From assembly GCA_002269645.1 (NCBI GenBank), contig NIVC01001385.1:62001-126000 (forward strand): DNA of 64,000 nucleotides. Reading direction: 5' to 3'. Position 1 is the stretch's first letter, and every line of letters begins with the position of its first letter. Made by a program: the position numbers and the translations under genes. Below are positions 26,303-36,671 of the stretch, one piece after another. This DNA comes from Macrostomum lignano. Its lineage: Eukaryota. A model generated the notes under the pieces. That model was given only the letters and a program-made list of their open reading frames with translations, did no database searches and had not been told where the DNA came from.

Positions 26303-29182
26303 TTAGGAGAATTGGGTGTGTGGCATAAAGGCAATGTGAGTTTCGCTGACGCAGCATGCACCAAGAACACAAGGCGCAGAAACTTCGTTGACGTCACCGG
26401 CAATGTCGTCAAAAGGGTTGACGGACAGTCTGCGAACGTGACTGTATACACAACCTTTGTGAAATTCGTTGGCTGACAGCAGGAAGTAAGGGTGATCGAC
26501 GTCGGTTCTTTCCTCAACAGGTAGTCGAACAACGGAGAGGATGACGTCATCCGTCAGGGCCTCGTGGCGTATGGATTGAAGGCGCGCAAAGATGAAGTCG
26601 CGTCTGCTGTCACCGTTCCAGAGCACTAGGAAGCACGACACAGTTTTCTTCAGTTGCAGTCTGGGGTGCCAGATTTCAAGCTGTAAACCTGTTGGCAGCA
26701 CCAGACTGTTAAAACGCCCATTCTGTCGTCTGCCACCTCTGTATAGGTGGATTCCGGAGACGGTGGTATGCGACGGGTTGTCTCGAACGACAAACGGAGA
26801 TGTCACACCCAGCTGTGATTGGACACGCCTGCAGTTCAGTCGTCTGTTCGTGATTTCAGACAACTTGGCGGAAATTCGTTTCGAACCGTGAATACGGCGA
26901 CGAAGTGTCAGGTGATGCGATTCGTAGATGCTGGCTGACAAGCGGAATATAGGACCGAATAGCACCGCCATGCTGGGAAAATGTTCGCACACTTGATGCG
27001 CATTGTACGACATAAAACTGGTGGAGTATAGAATGCTGAGCAAACGATAAAAGTAACGTAGTGTTCCGGCGGCGCGCAGAACTTGCACTTAAGACGCTCC
27101 GTCCATGCAAAGCCAAAAGATAGACATGGACAGAAGCAGGAAGTGGTTGTAGTAGTCTGCGGGTAGGAATTGCTCGAGAATCATTGGACCGTAGACGAGC
27201 AGAAATGCTTCCGCCTCGTGACCCCTCATGTGCCCGACCTCGCGGAGAGATCGCCGGCACCGCTGCATGGATGCTGGCACGTGAATGCGAGACTGCGCTG
27301 CGTCAATGACAGCTACACGTCTGCTTAAATCGGGGTTGTTTGCGTTTCTGTCGCCCTTCTTCGCTGGTGGCATGAATAGCTGTTGCATCAGCGATCGGAC
27401 TAGCCCACAATTTAGCTGGTGGAGATAGCAAGGTGGGCAGTCCTGCATGTAATCGAATCCGATTATTTGCGACAACGGGGAGACCCCATGATGCCCAAGC
27501 GATTATTGCCCCAGTAGGTATGGACTGTGTGAGCATCAGAGTATCGGCGAGAGTGCGTACAGTTCGCTCCGTACAGCCTGCTTCCTGTGCCGCTAGAAGG
27601 GCTTGTGCGGAAACGGCACATGGAAAGATCCGCGCGTTTCCAGGGCGATTGACGTCGTGCTCAGTCAGTGTAGCATGTTCCACAGCCGTGTATTGCGTTA
27701 AATCGCTTGATAAACATGGCGTCTGCTCGCTGCGGGGCATCCAAAATGAACAGCAAAGTGTGCAGCCGGACACATCCCGCTTCGTCGCCGTTCACGCCGC
27801 CACCACAGGTGTGATGGATGCCATCAGTCCGAAGAGCATTTAGCTCCTGCACGAGCCATGGCATGAAGGCTTGGCAATGCAGCTTCCTCTTGGAAGCCCA
27901 AAAGCCACAGAGAACTACGTAGCGACTTTTCTTCGCGTCATGTACTTCGTTAATTGTCAAGTACACTGGGGAGCAATCGTGAACACTATGACGGAATGCT
28001 GGGAACGCATCCAGATTCGCGCTTACGGACAAGTCGCGCCGAAGCTGCAATCGATGGACCTCTTAAACGCAGTATAGCGGATTGAAGAGCCCATGTGCAA
28101 GTATTCCGTGCTGGATGGCTGATCAGCGGGGAAAACAACATTCTGCAATAGGTGGTCGCGCTCTATGAATTGTCGGATCTGACCCTGTATGTCCAGGCGC
28201 CAGAATTGTACTACGGAATCCTCGGCCTGCAGATCAGCTCCGCATTCACAAACGTCACAACAACCTCGGGTCCACCTGGCAATTGTTCACGACAGCAGGA
28301 GATGCAATAACGTATGCTAGTGTGCCGGAAGCCACCGGCGGCATTAATAACGTTGCCAAGTACCTTGGCTAATGTAGGGCAGGCCGAGCCTTCAGGCAAG
28401 ATTTCAATTGAGTAACGCAGCAAGTCGTCTGTGCCAATATTCGTTGACGCGTGCTTGTCTGTGTACATTTGCGCTAACGTTGCTATGGAACCGTACGTGT
28501 GCTTCGACCCTGGGAAAACGGGATCGTTTAAACGGGCCAGATTAGGATCGCCGCCGTCTCCACCACCGTCGCCTCCGCCGCCTCCACCACCGTCGCCTCC
28601 GCCGCCTCCACCACCGTCGCCTCCGCCGCCTCCACCACCGTCGCCTCCGCCGCCTCCACCACCGTTGCCTCCGCCGCCTCCACCACCGTCGCCTCCGCCA
28701 CCGCCTCCACCATCGTCGCTGTCGACGCTGCCCGAACCGTCACCGGCGTCGGAACTGTCGCCGCTGCCCGAACTGTCACCGGCGTCGGAACTGTCGCCGC
28801 TGCCCGAACTGTCACCGGCGTCGGAACTGTCGCCGCTGCCCGAACTGTCACCGGCGTCAGAACTGTCGTCGCTGCCCGAACTGTCACCGGCGTCGGAACT
28901 GTCGCCGCTGCCCGAACTGTCACCGGCGTCGGAACTGTCGCCGCTGGCCGGCCGGTCGTAGTCTCTGGAAGCCCTGGCGGTGCCCTTAGATGCATCGCCT
29001 TCGAAGACGCTGAATTCGCCTTCGTGGGCCGTACTGGCGTCCTGGCCGTCGACTCTCGAGCTCCTTGCACTAACGCCGCTGGGTTGCGTTCGCTTCGCCA
29101 TATGTCTGGCAAGCTTTTTTGCGTGCGAGTTTATGCAGCGTCTGAATCGGCGACGCGCCCTATCGTCTTCGTCAGATTGCAT
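26303..29182 (-). pseudogene. CMC/EnSpm transposase of element B, frameshifted
   Basis: NLDAFPAF, LDAPQRADAMFIKRFNAIHGCGTC, YLHQLNCG, SYNAHQVCEHF, SASIYESHH; N-terminal in-frame 21-bp (Gly-rich) and 36-bp (SSDAGDSSGSGD) repeats at 28530-28950. Confidence 0.85.
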
Positions 29183-29785
29183 GTATTTCGTGTTAAAAGT
29201 GTGTAAACAAAAAGATTTTATATTTACAAAAAGCTAGGTGGGTCCACCCCTTAATATTTTAGCAGCGAAAATTGAAAGAAATGTACATTGACATTCATTC
29301 ATTATGCGTACATCAAGACTATTTACACCACACAGGTGCCAACGTAGTTATATTTCAGTTACTGTTTTTAACAGACGCACGTGCACGTACATGAAACTGG
29401 AACAGGTGCATGATCGAAAAACTACAAAGGAAAAAGACACTGCAGCTACGGCTACATGCGCTAGACAGCGAATCCCGACGAATCTCGGCAACATAATAAA
29501 ACTGGAGCAGCTTACGATGCACACAGCCGGACAAAGAGGAGAACTGGCAAAGAAAGCCCAACCCCATAGCAACGCCGACGTTGCTGTCCAACGCAGCTAC
29601 ACACATACCGATATTAGTATGCATAAAGCAAAGCGCCATTAATTAAATAAAAAAAAGAAAAAAATTGTTCAAAATTAAATCCCACACTGGGATGAGAGTC
29701 TGAATCTTAGAGAAAAGGGAGAAAAGGGGTGAGATCCTATTTCAGCATTTCAGGAATTGAAATTCGAACTGATCGAAACTGAGAT

Positions 29786-30619
29786 TTACTCAGGCTTGGA
29801 AGCCTTCGCCTTCTCGCAACGTAAATCTCGCAACGGCCGCTTGCGGCGTCGTAGAGGCCGCATGGCTTCTATTGGTGCCTCCGGTTGCGTTGGTGGCATT
29901 TCGATAGCCCAGAACTGGCGGTCAACGGGTTTCTGCACCGGTTGGTTACTCCGATGCCTGTCCGCCAGTAACAGACGCCTCCTGCGACTCTCTGGTGACA
30001 GCTCAGCGAACCAGGGCGCACATTCCGGACAACAATGCGCCTCCAGCTCCTGTCTATCGGCTTTGCGCCTACAGACATATACACTGGCTGGGCCGACATT
30101 CCGTTCAGGAAGTCGGTTGTAGTCAGCGCGGATTTCTGACGCCGACATGCCAGCGTACATGCCTCCAATGCCAATGCAAGCTGGCCGGCCCTGTGTCTCG
30201 GACCCGTCGTCATCGATCTCAGTTGGCCCCTGTGTCTCGGACCCGTCGTCATCGATCTCAGTTGGCCCCTGTGTCTCGGACCCGTCGTCATCGATCTCAG
30301 TTGGCCCCTGTGTCTCGGACCCGTCGTCATCGATCTCAGTTGGCCCTGTGTCTCGGACCCGTCGTCATCGATCACAGCTAGCCCATGAGTTGTCTCCCCT
30401 GTATACCTGATACGGCCATGCTGCGTTCATGGTTTGCGTAGGTGGCAGTTCGTCGCAAGCGACGATTGCACGGTGATGCAACACATGTACACCGGTATTA
30501 AAAACAGGCGATGCAGGGCGAGAGCTGCAAAGACGACGGACCTCGTCACGCAGGATTCTATTCTCTTCAACTAACGTATCACAGATGCTGCAGTTAGATG
30601 CATCGGACCAGTGGTCCAT
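29786..30619 (-). CDS. Miniature CtIP/Sae2-like protein (about 277 aa if two compensating 1-nt homopolymer indels are corrected)
   Basis: C-terminus VCRRKADRQELEAHCCPECAPWFAELSPESRRRRLLLADRHRSNQPVQKPVDRQFWAIEMPPTQ matches the recalled CtIP/RBBP8 C-terminal domain ([52 protein letters not shown]); N-terminal CSICDTLVEENRILRDEV. ORFs 30619-30365 and 30160-29786 are in the same frame. Confidence 0.8.
30189..30372. repeat. 39-bp tandem repeat, about 4.7 copies, encoding EIDDDGSETQGPT
   Basis: ccctgtgtctcggacccgtcgtcatcgatctcagttggc x4 plus a partial unit lacking one C at 30344-30346. Confidence 0.95.
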
Positions 30620-30789
30620 TGGATGCTGGAAGGATGGCAGTGAGTGTCTGTCAGTGTCAGCCCTTACGGGGACCGTATGGGGATTATAATTATAAGAAAG
30701 AGTGCAATCACAAGGCTAGAAATACAAGAAAGAAGCGGACACAAAAACACGGATCAGATTTCCATTTATTTACTGTCTCTCAAATGTCT

Positions 30790-31415
30790 CTTGTCAGAGC
30801 AGTGCCGGTCAGTGTCAGAGCAGTGTCAGAGCAGTGTCTGTCAGTGTCAGGAGAGTGTCAGAGGAGTGTCACAGCAGTGTCAGAGCAGTGTCACAGCACT
30901 GTCGGTCAGTGTCAGAGCAGTGTCGGTCAGTGTCAGGGAAGTGTCAGAGCAGTGTCACAGCAGTGTCAGAACAGTGTCAGAGCAGTGTCGGTCAGTGTCA
31001 GCCCTGTCAGGGAAGTGTCAGAGCAGTGTCGGTCAGTGTCAGAGCAGTGTCGGTCAGTGTCAGGGAAGTGTCAGAGCAGTGTCAGAGCAGTGTCAGAGCA
31101 GTGTCGGTCAGTGTCAGCCGTGTCAGGGAAGTGTCAGAGCAGTGTCGGTCAGTTGTCAGAGCAGTGGTCTGTCAGTGTCTGTCAGTGCCTGTCAGTGTCA
31201 GAGTAGTGTCGGTCAGTGCCTGTCAGTGTCAGAGCAGTGTCAGAGCAGTGGTCTGTCAGTGTCACGTAGCATTGTCGGCAGGTAGTTTCGACTGTTGCAC
31301 ACTCGGTGGCAGTGTCACGTAGCACTGTCGGCAGGTAGTGTCGACTGTTGCACACTCGGTGGCAGTGTCACGTAGCACTGTCGGCAGGTAGTGTCGACTG
31401 TTGCACACTCGGTTA
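30790..31415. repeat. AGTGTCAG subterminal array plus three 53-bp units (31261-31415), right end of element B
   Basis: Direct reading. Confidence 0.9.
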
Positions 31416-33408
31416 CAGTGCTACTGAGTGTAAATCAGTGTTAATTTTCAAGTAGCCTGACACTTCAACTGTCAAGGAGTGTCAAAAATGGCCCTACCAG
31501 GATCCGCCGGGAAAAGAACGGTAGATAGCAGCTTCATCTACAGTAACGAGGAGATCATCAGCATCGTGCGTCTTCACAATGAGCTGCAGTGCGAGGTTGC
31601 CTGATTGCTGAGAAGCTCTTGCTAACGAGATGATCTCTCCCTTGACATCAGGCTTTAGCCAACCCTGCCAACCCTCGCCATTTAAAATCGTCTTGTGAAT
31701 GGCGCTCACGTAGGACAATACGTAAACACGTGACAGTCGCTTGTTCAGTTCTTGCAGATGGTTGAACTGTGATGCCATGTCTACAAGCTTAATGGATGCA
31801 ATTGAAGAAGTCAGCTCTTCAACTTTCACCTGGAGCTCGTGCAGATCGGCTGTCAGCATGGTGATGATGTTGGTAGCATCAAGAATCGAGCAGTCCTCGT
31901 GGGCTTCGCTCAGACAGCGCTCGATACGGGACACAAGGCTCTGGTGCAGCGCGCGGGCCAGCTGGCACATGTCCGCTTCGATGTCCTGTTCAGTACGATA
32001 GTGAATTTACAAGTGAAGTTTAGATTACAGACCATCGATTTGATCTGACAGAGACATGAATAGTTTTTAAGTCGAGTGAATACAAATAAAAGCTATATGG
32101 AATTTTAGCAAAGGCTACTACGGTATTCAAACCTTCTGTTCACGAAGCTGCCAGTTGACTTCACCACTAGGGCGACGTCGACCGTCCCGTTTCTCCCAAG
32201 CCTTGCAATCTGGTGCAGTCACGACGAGCCAACCCTCCAGGAGCTTCACGCTGTCATACTCGCCACCGGGTTGAATTGACTTGGCGCACTTTTCGTAGCG
32301 AGGATAGTCCGATCTGTGATTTATTTTGTAGTTTCGAAATTAAAATTTTACCTACCTTTAATTACTTGAGATAGGGCACAAACTTAATTACCGACCCAGA
32401 CTCACCTGCGAAAGCACTCACTGCGGACACAAAGAAAGTCGGCGACAGACTTCCACAGCATGGCCACCTTCCAATGTGGTAGCTGGCTGTCCTGGACGAC
32501 CATCATAAGCTCTCTGACAGGCGCCAGCAGGTCCAGCAGGCAAAGCATGTCTGCCACAAAGTTGCTGCCAAACAGTTCATATTGCGAGGTTTCGTTGACC
32601 CCGCAATTCATATTTATAATGTTTATTTATTATTTATTATTTATTATTTATTATATTATTTATCATATTTATTCACATATATTTAATCTCTTTTTAAATG
32701 CAATGTACAATTGCTCGCTAAACCATCGCCATCCACGCCATGCAATCCACGCCATGCACGCCTTGCATGCCAAAGTGTACGCCAACCCCTTAAAATATAT
32801 ACCAATGCACGCCATGCATGCCAACTGAAAGCAAATGCACGCCAGCTGAAAGCAAATGCACGCCGGAAAATTCAGGCGTGCACTACATGATGCGGACTAT
32901 GGGTGCCAAGTAGATACATACCAGTGCCAAGTAAATGCACACCAGTGCCAAGTAGATATACACCAGTGCCAAGTAGATGCACACCAGTGCCAAGTAGATG
33001 CACGCTAGTGCCAAGCAAATGCATGCCAAACTAATATATTACAGAAAAAACACAACTTTTTGTTTAAAAATGCCTTTCAAAAAAACAAAACTTAAAAATT
33101 TTGTAGCATGCAAATACTGTATATAAGATTTCTTTTTGGCACATTAAAATTTACTTGTCATTTTGCAATAAAAATAAGTATGAATTCTTGTCTCAACAAA
33201 ACATGCCCTACTATCATGCCAGGCCATATTTTATATCAGCTATTCCATGCCATAGCATGCCAATATGCCACTTTTAGTATGCAATACCTAAATACATGCC
33301 AATGCATGTCATAATTTTTAGGCCAAATTAAATGCGTGCTTAGAATATTGGTGCTTCATATTGGTGAAGAAATTTCAAAAATAAGACTTAAATATGATCT
33401 TGACAATG

Positions 33409-36400
33409 CTTAGAGCTTTAGCCACATATCCTGGCTCTTCTGGGTTTTGGAATGGAATGGAATTGCTTTGACCCAGCGGGAGTACAAGTCCACGATATTT
33501 AGTAAATACCGCAGCTGGGGTACGGCTGTTTCGATTGGGTCCGGCACCGGAAGCGGTCCGAATAAATTCATGTGAAACGCTGTGCAGGTGCATGCATGTG
33601 GTGCAGTGGTTGGCAAACATGACAACCGATTTTCGCTGATTGACATTGTGTGCATTCTGCTGTCCAGCGCCATATGTCTGACTTCATGCATGGCCAGAAA
33701 AAATGATGGGCGACTAAACGCAGCATGGCCTTCACGCCTGGATAGGCGATGTAGTGCAGTGCTTGTACAATCTGACGGCGCACGTGCTCTGGTATAAACG
33801 GTTGCAGGTTTGGTTGCGAAGTTTCGCAGTACATCGGACAATCTGATAACCTGACGTCGAATGGGCGGTAACGGTCACCGCTCGTGAGCCCCGCTTCTCG
33901 CTGTGCTGTGCCTTGGCAATCGCAGAGAGATCTGCGGGCAACTGCAATGTGTGCACGTCTTCCGATTAGACAGTGTTCACTGTGTGCTTCCCAGGTTTGA
34001 CGATGTCACGAGTTAAGGTATCAGTGACCATGTTCTTGGCTCCCGGGATATGAATTATGTTGATCACATATTCTGAGATGGTGGCCAACTGGCGCTGCTG
34101 CCGATCAGATAGGCGCTGCTTATTGCTATTGAATGCACCGACTAACGGCTTGTGGTTGCTAAACACGGCTGTGGGCTGGCTGTGAATGATGTGTCGCCAG
34201 GTCTTGATGGCCGCAAACACGCCTAGAAGTTCACGGTCGAACGCGCTATATGCCATTTCCGCTTTGGTGAGCTTCTGTGAATAGAACGCAATGGGGACTG
34301 AATCACCGTCTATATTCTGGTGTAAACTGGCGCCCAATGCGAACGAGCTGGCGTCCAATGTGATGGTGAATGAACCAGTTGGGGTCGGGTCTGTCGGGAA
34401 GGCGAGAGTCACTGCTGCCGCTAGGCTATCCAAGAGCTCTCGGAAGGCGGCATCATGTTCTGCTTGTCAATGATAATCAATTTCGGTGAGCAATCGCAGC
34501 GGTTGCACAATGCTTGCGTATTTCGGAATGTGGCGCTGGTAGAAACCAAACATGCCGAGAACGCGCTGAAGGCTTTTGAACTCTGCTGGAGATGACAGCT
34601 GTCGCAGCGCTTCCACGCGGGATGGTAGTGGCTGGACTCCGTCTCGATGCTAAAAAACCGTCTCCGTCCAAAAAACTCGATGCTACTCTGAAAAACTGGC
34701 ATTTTTTGGGTTGAACTCGGAGCCCCTCTTTGTGTAGGCGTTGCAGCACGATCTGAATGTCGTTGTGATAGTCTGCCTCTGACTTGCTGTGAATCAGTAT
34801 ATCGTCAGCGTATGTGATGACACAGGTCAAGTCTCAAAACAGCGAATCGATGAAGCGTTGAAATGTGCTGCCGGCATTGCGCAACCCGAATGGCAACCGG
34901 ACGTATTCAAAAGAGCTGAATGGCATGCAGATTGCTATTTTCGAAATATCCTCCTCGGTATGAAATGGTAGGCCTTGACCAAGTCCAATTTTTGCTAAAC
35001 ACGCTGCTGCTACGAAGTTGGTGGTAAAAATGCCGGATATGCAGAAGTGCGTACCTATTGGCCACCGTCATGCTGTTCAGAGCGCAGTAGTCCCCACAGG
35101 GTCTCCACAATCCGTTGGCCTTCTTGACCATATGGAGTGGTGATGCCCAAGGGCTGCAGGACGGGCGAACAATGTCCATCTGTACGAGCTTGTTAAATTC
35201 TGCCTTGGCCACCTCGTACTTTGCAGGCGAGAGGGCGCGGCTTGCAGTAGACTGGTTCGCCTGACGTGATGATGCGATGCTGCACCGGAGTTGCTGGCAG
35301 GATTGAGTGATCCGCAGCTTCGATCAGCCCGGGATATTTGTCAAAAATTGCACTACCGTCGACGTCGGATACCACGTGGATTGACGGTGGTCGAAACTCT
35401 TGCTTGGCATCGAAATTGAGCGGCGCAACCAGCAAAGTCAGGGGATCTCGAAGGCACTTGGCTCCCATGTCGATGGAAAGTCCATAATGAACCAAAAAAT
35501 CCAATCCAAGAATGGGGGCTGTGTCTGCGACAATGAAGTTGAATTGAAAGGTGCAGCGTAAACCTTTTAACGAAAACAAAGCATTGCAATGCCCGTGGGT
35601 GCGAACTTTGTGCCCACTGCCCCGCGAAGCTGAACGTTACAGTGGGTGATGAGGTTGAACGGGACAAAACACGGAGGCAATAAGAATTTTTCTGCCCCAG
35701 TGTCAACGAGGAATGAAACAAACAAACTTAGTATTTGAGCGCAAACGATAGGTGTGCAGGCCTGTACGTTGTCATGGCCTGGCCGCTGTACATGACTTAC
35801 GTACTTGTTTGGGGTCGGCAAAGCCATGCGAGACAAGGCGGGTGTCGGCTGACCTTGGCGGAGTATGTTCGATGGCTTTGGACCTGGCCACTTGCACCAG
35901 GGTCGGCAAGTTCGAAGCTCTGTCAACATAGTAGATGTGCACATTGCAGACGAGTGGTTGCTGCCGTCGGCGAGGCTGGGCGTCGTAAGCTGGAGGGTCA
36001 GGTCGCCGGGAGAAATGCCAGGCCAGTTGCTGCTCTGCATTAGCAGCAGTGGACAACTGATTGATGTCGGCGAATGGTGAGGGTCGACTGGCAACTGCAA
36101 GCATGCTGTCCGCAATCTTGGCAAAATCCTCCAGCGGGCTTGTGCTCATGTCCGACGAGTGCGGAGCGAATGTGGGGCAGCAACACAGAGATAAGGCGTT
36201 ACTTGACTATGGCGTCGTCAACTTTCAGGCTGACCTCGGTAAATTGGCGTTTTATTTCATTGACAAATTGGCTTGGTCTCCGATGGCCAAGTTCCACGGC
36301 AGAAAGGGCTTCCTCGATTAGCTGATGCCGATTAGCGCGCAGTCTATCGCCCACCGCCTTCTTTAACGCATCGTAGTCGTTGCCGTTGAGGTTGAGTTTG

Positions 36401-36671
36401 CATGTAATATCCTCTGGGAGGGTTGCTAAGGCATAATGGTATTTGGTGGAGATGCTGGTAAGTTTGGCGAGTGCAAATTGTGACTCCAGCTGATTAAACC
36501 AGGTCTTTGGTGACTTCCTGTAAAAAACAGGTGGTCAAACCGTGACACGGTTGAGCTCGTTGTGCTGCGTTGGAAGCAATGGCTGTTGTTGTTGTTGTGT
36601 TTGCTGCTTGTGGGCTCTCAAAAGAAAGTACTTTTATTAAACGCAGGGACAGTGGGAAACAAGGCGCTACA
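33409..36671 (-). mobile_element. Degenerate Ty3/Gypsy retrotransposon (gag, protease, RT, RNase H, truncated integrase)
   Basis: LTR-like start TGTAGCG at 36671; gag WFNQLESQF; FLVDTGAE; SPWASPLHMVKK..WRPCGDY; YADDILI; LDASSFALGA..YSAFDRELL; integrase GPLP..RYLLNIVD; many frameshifts; cut at 33409. Confidence 0.92.

Larger units (their letters stand above)
21636..31511 (-). mobile_element. Full-length CACTA/EnSpm element B carrying CtIP-like, transposase and BEN-like genes
   Basis: Imperfect TIRs CCAGGTAGATCTTGGT..TTTTTGACACT and CCCGGCGGATCCTGGT..TTTTTGACACT; A-run TSD; inverted subterminal arrays of CTGACACT (21930-22400) and AGTGTCAG (30790-31270). Confidence 0.88.
13670..32611 (-). pseudogene. 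Intron-containing hAT-like transposase, C-terminal half, split by two insertions
   Basis: Exons 32611-32406, 32313-32133, 31985-31512 + 21635-21551, 21455-21199 + 13716-13670 join as ..AIYRSF|YVNPLVFQRAGKKACALLDFALHCGSS|EAIVKSFY..SKVVD|NWLYSLSRCPFI. Family is inferred from the SEAxVxSFY motif. Confidence 0.65.
13431..33408 (-). mobile_element. Outer internally deleted DNA transposon (hAT-like transposase) hosting two CACTA insertions
   Basis: Left CATAGTCTAGATCATATT versus right (reverse complement) CATTGTCAAGATCATATT (16/18); the same 20-bp cagtgccaagtagatgcaca arrays near both ends (13490-13560, 32905-33015); no TSD found. Confidence 0.6.
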
